Below are positions 1 through 15,600 of a DNA stretch of 64,000 bases, piece by piece; the first letter of the stretch is position 1, and every line of letters begins with the position of its first letter. The notes beneath the pieces were generated by a model. That model was not told where the DNA came from. It ran no database searches and saw nothing but the letters and a program-made list of their open reading frames with translations. The stretch covers positions 28,460,001 through 28,524,000 of the forward strand of contig NC_087251.1 of NCBI RefSeq assembly GCF_037042905.1, given 5' to 3'. This stretch comes from Lytechinus pictus (lineage: Eukaryota). The position numbers were made by a program, and so were the translations under genes.

Positions 1-526
1 TCACCTCATCAGTTCGGCGAGTATTTACCGAAATGGCACGCCCAACAGTAGTACATTCAATTACACGGAACAATGACTTCACAACATAAGAGATAAGGCA
101 ATATTTACGGCGAGAATGAAGACATTGCCAATTTAAGAGCTGCAGTCGGTCATCATAGCACATTTGTTGGCACCTTTGTTTTAATGCAATTCTGGTAGCT
201 CGACGCTGTATTGATTCAATTTTATTTATCAGAAGTTGTGTGTGTAGATGCCAGACTGGCTGACCGTATTCTAGTATCGGAACTACGAGGGATTTATAAA
301 TAGAAAATATTGCGTGGGGTGCTAGTATAAGCAAAGAATGTAATACAAATCAATCTTTGAAATGAAATTAATACAAGTGGGTGCATTTTTTTTCATCAGA
401 CCATTATATGTAAATTGTGATATGTGTTTTATTTCCATATACTCAGTAAAAATGGCATATAAATCTCCATAAATGCTAATGATACTTTGTAAGCAACCTT
501 TTTTTTTTTGCTCTATTCCATCACAG

Positions 527-670
527 GTCCACTTGAAAGATTGGGAGAATTTCGAAGGTGGAAAAGACAAGCTGTCTCGATGGTTGGATGAGGCTTCTTC
601 CCAGCTAGCAGATGCTCAGCAACCCAAAGCAACTCTGACAGAAAAGAAAGCACAACTAGATAGGTGCAAG
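527..670 (+). CDS. spectrin-repeat exon 1 in window (VHLKDWENF...LDRCK)
   Basis: tcacag acceptor, AAG|gtaaga donor; 144 nt, phase 0-0. Confidence 0.9.
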
Positions 671-3600
671 GTAAGATGTTACCCTTCCCAATCCTCATTC
701 AGACCTTGTGTTATAAATTTTCCAAACTAATTGTGATACAAATATAAGAATGATACATTATATAGCATGTTTCAATGCCACCTTCATGTATCTGCGTGTT
801 CAGAGGTGCACCATATAATTTCCCGACTTAAGTCACAGTTGCCATTTCCAGCTTTTAGTCCATGAATTTATCATGCTTGGTATCCATTCACCTCACTATT
901 TGGATAACGATTTACCAAAGGTAAGTTAAGACCATGGCTTAGATTCTAGCCCATGACCCTCTGTGTCAAAAGGAATCAAAACAACCGGATCGCAATGCTT
1001 CCACTGTTTATTTTGGTTAACAGAAAGCCCGATTTGAAATAGATAATCACTCCATATGATATAAGACTGAGAAACGTAAACTTTCTATTCAAGCTTTTCT
1101 TTTATTGGAATATTTTTTGCCATATTTCCAATGCACATTTTTTTACCTAGCATTCAATGAAATCAGATTTACTTTTGAGTGCAATCTTGATCCTCTTATA
1201 GGTAGCAATTACTGTTGGTTGCATTTGAATCTAGGGAGAGTTCAATTCACCAGTGTAATAATTTTCATGAGACTTAGAATATGTAACAATTTTGATGCCT
1301 GTTGTCTTTACCATTTTCAGTGTATTCAGCAAGACATTCAGAGACACAGGCATGATCTTGCAAAGGTCACTGAGCATGCTCAGAAGCTTAGAGAGGATAG
1401 TCCTGACAATGAATCAGTCAAAGGACCTCTTGCTGAGCTGGTAGAGAAATTTGAAAAGCTTGAGAAAGATTGTCAGGTGAGTAACCATAGAGATTCTGGT
1501 GTTTTTTTATTGGACCAAACTTTTTGTGGACTATGTTGGTTTAACATTCTATTTCATTTACCAATGTATAAATGAGTTCTGGAAAATTTGTACACCATAT
1601 ATTTGGTCCTTGTAAGATGAATGTATCTCATTTCAGAAGAACAATGATATTGAATATGTTTTGAAAGATAAAAAATTACATCTCCTTCGTTGTGTGAGGA
1701 TTGAGGAATATTTGAAATAGGAAACATAATAAATGTGTATATGAATAGCAAATGGAGGAAGTAAAATTTGATGTATGACCTTGGTGTATGAACACAGCAA
1801 TATTGAGGTTTATCTTTGTCAGACAAAAACAAAAACAAATTAACCTGATAGTTATGTATGTTTCCAACTTCAGTATAATTTGTAGAGGATTACGTACAAA
1901 AAGCAGTGTAATACTTTATCCTGTTTGAAAAGTAATTTGAATAAATGGGGCAATGAATGAGTACATGATTGAATACATGAGTTCAAAATTAATGAAATGG
2001 TGAATATATAGATAAAAGAATGATAATTAAATGAATCATGAAATAAAAAACTGAGATCTACAGTTCAATAAACAAGTTTGTAGGTTATTAAATAATGCAT
2101 AAGTGTAATCTAATTTTTTTTCTCTCATCACCTGTGTGCCTTGAGCATTTAGATTAAAATGGATTTGGCGACTAAGAATTCACATTTATTTTTATTATCA
2201 TTAGCATTAGTATTATCATTATAATCATTTAGTGAGTCAATACATAGAGAAATGAATGAATTAATAAAGAGCCATAAGAAAATGAATTAATGAATGAATG
2301 AATTAAAAACTAAATAGATAAATGAATGAATATATTTGTATTGAACAGGATTGTGCATGCAAACAGTCAGATATGGTTGAAGAACACCAATCATTCCAAC
2401 AAACCCAGCAAGCTTACACTCAGCAGATTAGAGATCTGAAACATCAGCTATCCACCAAGGCCGATACGTCAGGCAACATGGGAGCCATACAAAACAAGAT
2501 CATCACTTTCAAGGTTCTGCTCATATCGTTTGATTTCTCAGATTGACAAAAAAAAAATGTTTCCTCTATCCGCATTTGAATCACTTCAACTAATTTCACT
2601 CATTGCATTATTTTGTTTTTCTTTTTCTTTCATTCACTTGCTTTCTAATTTTCTTCTTTTCAGTTCAATTCTTTGCTGTAAGATGGCTTCATTCATGTTT
2701 TTCAATTGTATTGAACTTTCTCTTTTTATTTCTAATGTTTCCATTTTCTTGGTTTTGACTTCTCTTTTGGTTTCCAGTCACTGTCATTGACTGTTCATCC
2801 TTTTTTTTTCAGCTATTTTCATATTTTAAACAAGTTTTTTTTTCAAAATGTATTCACTTCATGTCTACTTCAAGTTCTTATGATATTTTAGCTTGAGTTA
2901 ATTTCATGGATATGACGATCCCATTTGATTTGTTTGGTGCACTTCGTTTCTGTTTATGATACGAAGCGATGAGTTATGAAGGCTAACCAAACAATAATGA
3001 AACTATTCAAATTCTCATCCTATACTTCAAAGTGAAATGCAGTGCATTGTACTTATTAATTTATTTAATGAAGATAAAATAGTTTGAAAGTTCCATGTCA
3101 AATTATAAATCTTGTTAATAAAAATATATTTTGTAATTGATTCTCGTGAAGAAACCATGAGGTACTCTACCAAAACTCAGCGTCAGGATTCCAGCTATTA
3201 AGTGTATTTCACAGTGGCTCTCTGCCTGTAATAAATTGTGAGGATGAGTAATAATAAAATGATGCTTGCAGGATTCATGTGTGAAAAATGCAGCTCTGTA
3301 TTTCTTAGTCTGAGCTACATCTTTTCGCCAAAATCCTGCTCAGTGTCTTTCATTTAGAATTAGTTTATAATGTATGCAACCGTAGACAACAGATATTACA
3401 GGAAAGCTGCTGTTAAATATGCTGGGAAGGGTTCTTGCCATAAATTATACAACACCATTTCTTGTTATCAAGTAAACATTTTTGCCTTATTGCATAAAAG
3501 TTTCCCACATAAAGTTTTTTCTCTTCTGACATGCTATTTTGGAAGTGTGTCTGGATTTTAAGTGAACTTACATCAAATATTATCTTCCATGCTTTAGGAC

Positions 3601-6600
3601 CTCCAAACTGAAAAGGCAGCTTGCTCTGAGATGCTGGAAACCCTCTCTGCCCTTGGGGAGAAGGTGAAGGAATCCACTTCACCACCAGGACAGGACACCA
3701 TCCAACAGCAGCTGGAGAAGTTCAGTGAAGACCTTGGTGCCCTGGACAGTAGCATGCAAACATCCAGTGAGAGGCTACAGGAGTGCGCAGAGAGGTGGCA
3801 AGCCTATGATGCCAGGAAAGCCGAGGCTGAGTCAGGTATCCAACAAGCTAGGGAGGGATATCAGCAAGGAGCTCAACCTCAGAAAGACCTGCCGGCTAAG
3901 CAGGATCAGCTGAAGAAGTTCAAGGTATCATCATTTGGACCTCTTTTGGCCATTATATCAATTGCTCTGAATAGAGTGATCCATCTATTTTATATATAAT
4001 TATATTATATATATTTTGTAATACTTAATTTTTTATGCTGTTTATTTTGGTTTTTAGATTAAATAAAAAACCAATTTAGGTTACATGAATTATATTGTTA
4101 GCAGTAATTTGATATTCTGTGCGGATAAATATTTAGCAAGGTATCGAAAAAACAATGTTTCACCCTTTTCATTCTTTCATTGAAATGAATTGTATTAAAA
4201 TGTCACAATATTAACTATGTCAGATACATTTCTGGAGTATGGTCACTCAAAATCAATGCTACTTGCATACGTATTATAGTCAGAATACTTCAGTGGATGT
4301 CACTCTATAAAGGATAAGAAAAGTGGCATCATTGAAGTAATTAGAAAAAAATAATGTAGAGACAGACTGCCAAAGGAATAATCGAATGCTACCCAAAGTA
4401 TTGTTCACTGATCAAAATGAGTTTATTTTCTTTTGATTTTTTAAGGCTGTGCATGATGAACTTGCTGACCAAAGAGAGAGTATTGAAACGGTGTCCACTG
4501 CTGCCCAAGCCTTACTCGACAGCAGTATGGGTAATGTTGGGATCGTGAGTGAAGCTACAAGAATCACATCGGAATATCAGATGATTTTACTCAAAACTAA
4601 GGTAAGAAATCTAATTTCTGTACCTGCTATGAAATGAATTTGGTGTATTTGCTCTCATTTATTTTGAATTGTTAATGATGTCTCTATTTCTTTAGTTTTC
4701 AGGATGAGATAAATGATACAAGGGGTGTAATATAAAGAGAGACAATTGATATAAGTACTTCATTGTAAAATTTATTGTATCTTTTAGGTTACAGGTGTTA
4801 GGTGCTTAAAAAAAAAATTTGTTTTTTGTTTTGGTTAGTTTTATGTTTTTTTTGTTTCTTGGGGGGTCTTGGTATTTAAGTATTATAGTGGAATTGGGAA
4901 TTGAAGGAAATTTTTTGCTATTGGAAAGGAATTATTTTTAGCTTTCAGAGTGGTAGGTAATTGCTGGATATTTTTGGTAATAAAAGGTCAAGCAGTAAAC
5001 CATACCCCAGTTCATTCAGGAAACATAAAATGTATAACCAGAACCGTTCACAATTATAAAGAGGTATATTGTCAAGTGCAATGTGATCTTAATTTCATTT
5101 ATCTGAATCTTTTCAAACTTGGCATTTTCAAAAATCTTTGTATTTTTATCTCATTCTAAAGGATGCTGTGAAGGTAAGTGAGCACATGACAAGAGAACAT
5201 GAACAGTACTTAGATGCCCAAGGCACCTTCTCTGATTGGCTGGATGGACAGAAGTTCAACGATAGTCTGATTGGTGACAAAGACACCCTTACAGAGAGGT
5301 CCACTCAACTCAAGGTAAATACAAACAACCTGGTATGTCTCATTTAAACTATGTACCTTACATTATTTCTTTGGAACTCATATTTTGTCTCTTGTCTTAT
5401 AATGTCTCTTCTTGTATCGCTGCTCAGAGCTTGATGTATGTTCAGAGGTACATCATGAAAAACTCTTAGAAAGTGTGTTAATTATGTAAAAAGTGTTGGG
5501 AAGTCTGGTTAATCTGGTCTTATTACTGCTTAAGGAACAACCCTCAATTACTGAATTGAATACAAATCAGTGACTGTATGAATACTTTTATTTTACAGGA
5601 GCTTCAGAAATGTGAGAGTATTGGAGCTTTGAGGCTGGGTTCATTGCAAGAGAAAGCTGAGAAGGCCATTCACAATACTACTCCCGAAGGACAGGTCCTG
5701 ATCAGAGCCAGCCTTGATACAGCCAAACAGCAACTTGAAGAGTACCAGGACTCCCTCAATAAGGCTCTCCAGGATTTCCAGGTATGAAACAAATCTGTAC
5801 TATAGTACATGCATGATCAACTACAGCCTTTGAGAATAATAAGATGAAATTACACACAGAAAAATTTGGTATATTTAATTTGCTTGATAAAACTTGACGA
5901 TGTCAAGGTGAGACCAGTCTCTATGTTTAGATTTTGTCTGTACAATTGAGAGAGATGAGAGGAAAAATATTAAAGGACATTGAATTATGATTTTGAAGAA
6001 GTGTGGGTGATACTGATGATGATGGTCAATTTTCTCGTCATTTCTCTTCATAACTCTTTCTTTCTTCTATTATTGTTTTTTTTAATACTTCAGTGGTTTC
6101 TTGTGTTCTTATGTTAAACACCAGCAATTTTCCTTTTAATTTGTGGATGCACACTGCAAATGCTGGATGATCAAAAATTGTCTGGTGCAAAAATAAACAT
6201 TGAAGTATCAAATTTTACAACAATAAATGAATTACAATAGAAGTAAAATGTGTCTTAATTTATTTTATCAATGATAATCTCAAATCCGATAGATGTAATA
6301 GTGTTATGTAATATTGATACCAATATACAGGCATGTTTGGCACTATGGGACCAAGCTGAGAGAGACTATGGGGATATGTGTAGGTGGTTAGAGGATATGG
6401 AAGAACAGACCGATAACCTTCCTCTTTTGAGCACAGCCAATGAAAAGCAACAACAAGTCGACCATTGTAAGGTGAGAATGTATTTCAAGTCTTCTTTTAT
6501 GTTTTCCCTCCTTGTCAAATATTTCAAACTCTTGAATTTTAAGTGCTGTAGGTAGGCACATGTAAAAACTGGTCATTTTGTGATGTTAGCACACAAGAAA

Positions 6601-9600
6601 AATATAAGTGCAATAACACATTTTTGTGAGGATTCATTCTTTATTTGTAAGAAGGTAAGAAGGTCTTTGGAGATATGGCATGAAATTGTATGCCACAATC
6701 TTCTGTAATGCATGTCTTGTTTCCCTTTGGTTTTAACAAAAATATAACTATAAAGTCACTTAAACAGAGTTCTCAAGAGTGAACCAGTTCTGTATGTACT
6801 AAACCTTGAACACCATGGTTCAAAGTTGCTTGGAATTCAATGTTATTGTAACATTTGTGTATAACGTCTTGTGTGTCAAAGAAAAGAAAGAAATCTGGGA
6901 ATTGAATTTGACTCTTAATAGTCAAAATATGCTGAAAACGTTTATTGTTCTTATTGTTATTTCTTTTTGATTATGGATAAATAGATATATATGGTGTATT
7001 CTAAATTTTTTTCATTCTTCATTTTGAATTATTGTAAATCTTTCTTAAAGTGCACAGTTTTCATTACTTCAAAGGTGAAATAAGATTTTATCATGATTTT
7101 TGTGTATCAATCAGAGGATTGAGGGTACAGTGAATGAGAAGAAGCCAGCTATATCACATCTGAAGAAGAAGCTGAGGTCATTGGTGGACCAGACTGAATA
7201 TAGTCCATTCAGTGATCAGATCCAACATATTACGGAGACCTATGAAAACTTACAACAGAGATGCCAGGTGAGAATGTTATGATTTACTATTGTGTGAATG
7301 TTCTCAAAATCAGTATTTCACACATGCAGTTTACAGATATGATAAATTACCACTTGGACTTGGACAGATTTAATCAGAATTATATATAATCGAAATATAA
7401 AATGTATTAAACCATAGCAAAGCAATTTAGATTTTCTGTATTAAGAAACAGATCATCAATTAGTCGGATAGAGAATTATGATTGATTTTAGGATGTATAA
7501 TTAGGTTACCATTGTTTACAAGTTTCTTGCAACACTCCTCAGCCAATTGCAATGATGGCAGCAGTTTCTTAACAAGGAACATCTCAGAATAAAGAAAGGA
7601 AAAAGATAATTCGATCTAAAATACATGTTATTGAAGTTTAATTAATTGATTAATGACTTAACGTTCATGGTGCTACTGATTATTCGTCTATATGAATTAT
7701 TCATGAAAAAGTGCAGCTTGCATATAGTGTGTTCTTTAATATGGCATTAATTTAACTCTTCATATTTTAACCTCAGGAAATTAAAGTCATTATTTGTAAC
7801 TTTATATTTTTCTTGACTTTGTAACAATCTGAACATATTGGTATTTACTTGTAATGCATATGTCTTGAACTTATTTTTCAGGATAATGTGATATTAGCAG
7901 AAACCAGGACATCAAACCACATTGCGTTCAACTCTGATATTGCCAAAGTCCAAGAATGGATGGGGGCCATAAAACAATCACTTGATAATCTATGCAACCC
8001 AGAGGGTCAGAGGGAGACCGTCAAAGACAAACTTCTTGATGTTCAAGCCCTCACTGACACTCTTCCCAAAGGAGAAGGTCAGCTAGGTCAGGTGATGAAT
8101 CTGAGGCAGCTGATTGGTCCAGAGACATCGGTAGAAGGCCATGTGATCATTGATAGTGAAGTACAAAAGTTGCAGCAGATGTGGAGTGCCTTGAATGATG
8201 GTGAGATCATAACAAACAACAAATTGGTTGAATTGTAAAGGGGATTGTACTGTGAAGCCTCCATATATATTTTTTTTAAGGATGTGATAGGTCTGGAAAG
8301 AGCCTATCACATGCTTTTTGTGGTTGTGAGTGTTATCATAATAACTTATTCACATTTTTGGTACTTCCCAATCCAGAGAACAGCATGTGTCCTATCAATT
8401 GATACAGATGATTATTTAATTTTGCTGTCAACTTACTTATACATGTTCAAAGTAAGATTAAATACAGTCATGAAATATGTGGAAAAGGTTACAGAGATGG
8501 TATATGGATAACAATGCATATAGTAGTTTTGTATGGATAATTAAAATCTATTTCTTCTTTTAGATGTGAAAGGGGTCCAAACATTGCTGCAGAAAACCAT
8601 TGAGGAATGGAATATCATACATAATCTCCAGGACCAGTTCAGCTCCTGGTTGACCAATGCAGAGTACACACTATCTAAAGATCGGGAGCTGATGTCAAAC
8701 CTTAAAGAGAAGACTGTACAAATGGAAAACGATAAGGTAAATCTGTCTCTTTAGGTGGTTTCAAACCGCCTCGATCACAAGAATCCCTGTTAAATTACGA
8801 GAACTTTTTTAGGCTGAAAAATACCCATTAATTATTCCTGCATTCACACCGCCCTGAAACATACCCTTCGGGATAAGTTCCTGAAGTTACGAGCATGCGC
8901 AGTATGGTCTGATAAGCAGCAAGGCGCGAAATTCAAAATCACTAGCCCAGCAGCAACCCATGCACGGCGGCGCACCCAACGACACGCTGGGCTAAAAGTT
9001 CCCGTAATTTGCTTTCAGACCGCCAAAATACCCACGACCTTGGAAAAATCCCCGCGAAAGTTCTCGTAATTTCGCCAAGTACCTACTATTTATCGGGTAT
9101 TTTCTTTCGGGGATATTACGCGTAGTTTGCTTTCAGACCGCCAAAATACCTGGTATTTTCTGATCGGGGTAAATTTCCCGATCAGAAAATACCTGGAACT
9201 GGCGAACTTCGAGGCGGTCTGAAACCACCTTTTGAGAAAGATTGAGTTAGAAATATGTCACAAAATAGCCTGGCATCCGTAGAGATCAGACCATCTATTG
9301 CATTCGGAATTGTGATTGAGTTCAACATTGTTAGCATGTTTATTTGTTCTGTGTGCTGCTTCATTCCTTCAATAAGAATTCCTGTGCATTATTGTTACAG
9401 TATTGGATATAATCCCTGATTAAGGGGTAGCCAAATTTACCTTACACTCACATAATTTTTTTTCCTACCTTGTATTGTGTTCTATAAGATGTATCATTCT
9501 ACGTTCATCCAAGCTACATTCTCACTCTCCGCCACCTGAAGCTGGCTTATGATAGAGCCTTATGATAAAGGAGCTCTACAAGCATTTTGCCTAGAGTATT

Positions 9601-12600
9601 TATTCATGATATATTGAATGCTATCCTTCATTCAATAATCTACAGAAATTCTTGGCCGAAGTGAGGAGTAAGGAGGAAATGCTTGATGATCTGATGAAAG
9701 CTTCTCAACCAATCCTTGAGAAGAATCAACCTAACTTCATCCTTAACCCTCAGCTAGCTGACCTCAGCAATCGATACCGGTCACTACTCCAAAATGCTCA
9801 GGTCAGTTTTGTTATCAAACTTATTTTAGAGGAAATCTACCCTGAAAGGAAATTGAAATAAATGAATAAGTAAAATCTGACTAACAACGTAAGTAAAAGG
9901 ATGCTGAAAAACATATTTCAAAAATGATTTTTTTTTAATACTTTGGATTTCTTTACTTTAGACTCACACACATTTGATAATAAAACACATTTCCATTCAA
10001 TTCATAAGTATTATGAATATGCTATTGTTTTATATTGTATTTGTCAACATGAAAATAATGTAAATCATTTTATCCCTTTGGAAGAATAGCAAATTTATTA
10101 TTGTGTGGAACTGTAACCTTTTTTGCATATTGCAACCTTTCAATTTAATAGCAATTAATGAATGTAGGTTTCTCTAATATTTCTTGATATAGGATGTTGT
10201 GAAGAGATCAGAAGAGGATGTCACAGATCATGAGACTCTGGACTACCAGGTAGCCAGGATGATAGCAACCATACAAACCAACAACATGACAGTCAAGGAA
10301 TTACAAGACATCACTGGCAACAGACAGTCTGTACAAGACAAACTTGATGCACTGAAGGTAGGTATGGATGAGCTCCCCAAAACACTTCTGAATAAAAAAA
10401 AATGCAAGCTATTCTCAACTGAGTGAATGAAGTCTGCTTAAACAGTTTCTTATTTAGTAGCAGTAAAATAGTATATATATCATAGAAAATGAGATTTGAG
10501 TTAGAGAGGGGATGAGGTGCTTTGGCTTGTGTATGGTATTGCTTTCCATTGAACTTAAACCTTTTACCAAAATATGTTTTAGTGGCCATTGTTTTATTGA
10601 ATAAATTTTTGCTAGGAGAAAAGAAATTCTTGAAATGTTTCAACAACATGTGATATGATATAAATAACTCTTTAAATCTCTTCATGTATTTGAAATGCCT
10701 GTATTAATTTGGTATTGTTGTTGTTTGTGAAAGTGCAAAGAAACATACATATTGTTTCAATCCTTCAGCCTGTGCTGGACTCCATGAACGATGTCGGAAG
10801 CCAGGTCAAAGAAGCGGAGGAACAGGGACAAAAGGTCATGACCCAGACATCAAGCTCAGGTCAAGAGGTCATCAGAGAGCAGCTGGATGAGATGATACAG
10901 TCTTTTAGCACCTTGGATTCAGTGCTGACATCAACTAACCATGACCTGAAGGATAAGATGACACAGTGGGAACAGTATGAGGAGTCAGAGGCTCCATTTG
11001 CGATGTGGCTGGATGATGCCGAGATATCTGTTGCCATGGAAATGGGGCAGATGATGGAGCTGAGTGATAAGATCAATGAGCTTGAGAAAAGGAAGGTTTG
11101 TATTTGTTTTCCACCAATTTTATATGATGTTTGAGATAAGTGTTCCTATATTAATTCTGATAAGTAAGTGGAAGAAATTAAACATACATATGAAAGGTAG
11201 ATGAAGCTTTCTTTTCTTGTCTAATCCAACACATGTCTTGTCCGATTTCAATCTGGGATGTTATGAAAATACCATTATCTAGTTGCCTTATCAAAGGCGC
11301 TGTTAAAAATGGAGAAGTACAAAATGTCTGTCCATATTTCTCACTGCAAAAGACAAAAGTAGTGGCCAGTTGTAAATGATCTGAAAAGCTGGGGAAGACT
11401 AGTCCATGTTTTTACATAATACACTAAAAGAAGTATGCCAAGGAGACTATAAGATAAGTAAATGTGAATATGGCATTTCATTGTAAGCACTTTGGGCCTA
11501 AGGGGAAATGCACAGTATGAGTAATAATGATTTTAAATATTTTTCAGTTGGGATTAGAAGAGAGTTCGTCTACTCACGGATCTTATTTTACCTTTATCTT
11601 ATTTGTCCTATTACACTGATGCATATAAACATGGTCCACAATATGGAAATATTCCATATTAGTCTTACAGTTACACAAAGTATATTGCATGCTGTTAAAG
11701 TGGTTTTGATATGGAGGTTGTAATATGTAGTTATTTTACTGGATACAGGCCTTAGAGAGGGAGATCATCGCTCATGGAAGCAATCTGGAAGAGGTGGAGT
11801 CCAGGGCCAAGCCGCTCCTGGAACACAACACACATCCCAAAGATGTGCTTGGAGATTCTAGGAGATTGGCACAGAGATATGCTAACCTCTTAAAGAAAGC
11901 TCAGGTAAGGATTAAAGTTCATTTTTATACATGGATGAAGTGAAGGCAAAAGTCTACCTTAAAACCAGTATGCCCATAATTTTATGTCTGGTTTATCTTA
12001 GGCCATGGTCTGTACTAAAATTATGAAAAGCTGAAAGTGTTAAAACACCTTGTTTTTGTACATTTAACATTTTTTATGTTTACTGTGTTGTTTCCTCTTA
12101 CTTCAGTGGTGAAAATATATTTTAGTTAGTACTCCCAGACAGTCATTGGTTTTCAATTTCAAAAGTTTTTTAATTGAGTCTTCACTGTTTTTTGAGAATA
12201 TGTGTCAAATTTGGCTTTCCATAATTAAACAAAAACTTTAAACCATACTTTGAATTAAACCAGAGTTCAGACTTTGGACCATAGAGTTCATTTAAAAAAA
12301 AACGAGGACTTTTTTTCTGAAATAATAATAGTTTGCATTGTATTAAAAAAAGAAGTACAAGTTATATTGTCCCATGTGTATAAATAAAAACTTCTCTGGA
12401 AATCTTATATAAGATCATTGTATGAATTCATTGCCCTGTTAAAGATTCAGTTGAATGATTAAGTGGTGAATTGAAATATCAAATTTGTTATTGTTGAACA
12501 CCTCAATACGCAGATAAGTATATTGAATTTGCCTAGAATTGTTAAGTTCATGAAAATGTCTGTATTTTAGACACATCATGATTTGAAAAGGTATTAAGAT

Positions 12601-15600
12601 ATATTGTTTTATAAATGTTGCATTATCTTTCATGCACACAAAATAAAAAGAATTATTTTTAAAGAATCTTTGAATTTTAACAGTTCTGTTTTCAGTTGAT
12701 CAAGAGGCAAAAAGGAATGACTGACATACCTATAAAGTGATCTATTCTAATCGATGACATAAAATTTAAAATCGTTCAGTAACAGTCGTATTGATTTTTC
12801 CTTGCAGACCACCTGTTCAGAACTTGCATCAAATGTGAGTAAGCACCAGGAATATGAAGAAGCTTTGCGAGATGCTGAGAGGGCGCTATTACAGGTATCA
12901 CAGCACGTTGCTTCCCAGGGGGTTATTGGTGAAGATGGCAACGAACCAGAACAAGGCCAAGAACAACTTGCAAAGCAACAGGTTAGCCTCATATCTTGTT
13001 TTGTGTACTAGAATCCCCCCCTTCTGCCCTGGATGGGAAATTGGCACCAAGCATTTGCCATGAAGATTGCTAATTAGCCTGCTGTGAACTTTAGATGGGT
13101 TCATACTTGGCGAATGAGACATTTACATCTTATATCCTTGTAATTTCTTTTTGATACAATACAACTATTTGTTTCAATTTCCAAAAATCAATTGCATGCA
13201 GGACTGAAGTAACATCACATACATGTTTTTGAAGTGATTTGTCATATGTAAAGGATATTACCAAAAATTATTCTTTTAAAGCACTCAAAATTACTTTGAG
13301 AGATTGATTTTCTCTTGCTGTGTTTTTTTTTAATTCTTCATGAACTTACATGTTTCACTCATATTTTATGCTATGCATATGTGAACTTTCTTGATAAGAT
13401 ATTTTTAATCTGAATGCTAGAAATGACACCAAATACTTGTGTATGAAGCACTTCCGTAATTAATCTGACAATTTTGATAGAGAAGTTTGAGCATATTCAA
13501 CTATATACCACTTAGGAAAAAAAAGAAACCTTTTTTTATTTTATGATCTTGGAGAAATGTTCACAAAAGAAAGAAAGAAAGAAAGAAAGAATTTTTGAAT
13601 ATCAAAATTGTGGAAGAAGCCTTTCATGTCACAAGAGTATCATTTCTTTGTAATAATGATACACCAATGTTTTTTCAGTGATGGTTATTAACAAATTCAT
13701 GTTCAGTATTAGTAGTTTCTTTGAGCAATGAAGCTTTTAACCTATAGACTTTACAATGCAGTTACATTTTCTTTTGGCCCTAATGAGATCAGATTTTATC
13801 TTACAAATTATTTCTAACATGCATGCTTTTGGAAGTAAAATAATAAACTGATATATTCACAAAGTTCATTTGCAGTAAAATTCAGATATATCCAAAACAT
13901 TAGAATCAAGACTTTATAGCATCAGCAGAAATTATATACTTATCACATTGTCATTAAAAAATGCTTTTTAATTTTGGTATATATGCTTTTAGTTTAGAGT
14001 GCTTAACTCGTAGATGCCAGTTTGCCAAAAACATATAAAATCCTTTTTTCCCCAACCTATTTTCATTCATGGAAAACACTTTTTTTCAAAATGGCCAATT
14101 GATATTATTTTTCTTATCAATTCTAAGTGAAACCCCTTTCAACTTTGTTTACAACATTTATAATGATGACAATTAGCACCGTGAACACTTGGCAGAATGG
14201 ATTATTTTAAGTATATTTACTTCAATAATCGTGATTTATCCATCAATGTTTTTTTTAACTGATTTGTTCAATTGCTCTGAGGATATTATGATAGTCATAT
14301 TTTTGTTTATAGTTTTTTATTTTATGGTTAAGGACATATAAAACCAATATTCAAACTCAATGATTATCTCTGTAAATATAATTGGAGCTGTCTTCTTTTA
14401 TATAGCTATGTGTATATACATATATTTATGACCCAAAGCTTGCTGCTTTACTTCTGTTAAATTTACAAAATGAAAGACATTCACAACATTGTTTACATAG
14501 GCCTGTATTCTGAAGTGGGGTTTAACTTAGACCATGGTCTAACTCTGTGCTAAAATTATGGGAAGCCAAACGTTTCAAAATTTTGTTTACAGTGAATGCT
14601 TCTCATGTTTACTGTGCTTTTTACTAATTCTTTAATGGTGAAGACAACTGTCATACTTATCCTTCCAAGGCAGTCAATAATGTTTTGGGAGTCAAATGAG
14701 CTGATATGTTGAACCTCTACTGTTATAAATTTATGTAATAACTGACTTTTCATAGTAAAACCACAACTTAAAACCAGAGTTTAAATTAAACCCGACTTCA
14801 GAATAATTGAGGTATTGCGTCATTCATTATTCCATATCTAACATGTAACTGCATTGAACTTAATTCTGTAGGCTGCTAACAGACAATTTATTAGAAATGT
14901 TTGAATTCAATTCATTCTGTAATTCTTGAGAATCTTTAATGTTTAAGTTCATAGGATATATATGATTATACTTTGAATGTGCTTTAGAACAATTATAAAT
15001 CAGGGGCCTGTTTCATCAAGAATTTGTGATTATGGTAACTTTGTTATTGTGGAGACTACCATGGAAACTTGATTTTGATTGGCTGCTGAGCGCTGTCACC
15101 ATGGTAGTTACAGCATGAGAAAAGTTAACGTAACAAAAGTTTGTAATGAAACAGCCCAGAACGAGAAAGCAGTTTGAAAAATCTAGGAATATGTTTGTAT
15201 TCCTAAGGTCTGTTGCAGAAAAAGAAGTCCAAAATGGACACTTCTTATTGGTTGATAATCAAGTAGTATTTAATATTTGGACTTGCACTTTATTGCAACT
15301 CTTTCTGCCACAGACATATGTTTATTCATTCTAATCCATTCCTGCTTTAGTAACACTGGTGTATGGTACCTTGCTTTTCTATTACTGTTTTATTCATGCA
15401 CTGACTAATAACAATCATCAGAGTCTAATGCGTGAACTAGCAACCTGCACATCCAAACTCGATAACACCCGCATCAAGGGTCAGATCCTCCTAGCTGACC
15501 CTACCAGCACTAACGCCAACCCCAAGCTGTCCGGGCAAATAGAGGGGCAACTAACCCAGCTAGAGGAAGGGCTAGAAGCCCTGGATCAGACTGCTAGAAA

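Noticed and set aside
1..327. CpG-rich segment ending in ctag|t, a possible Helitron 3' end or other element terminus
   Set aside because: Truncated by the window edge with no convincing subterminal hairpin; cannot be classified.
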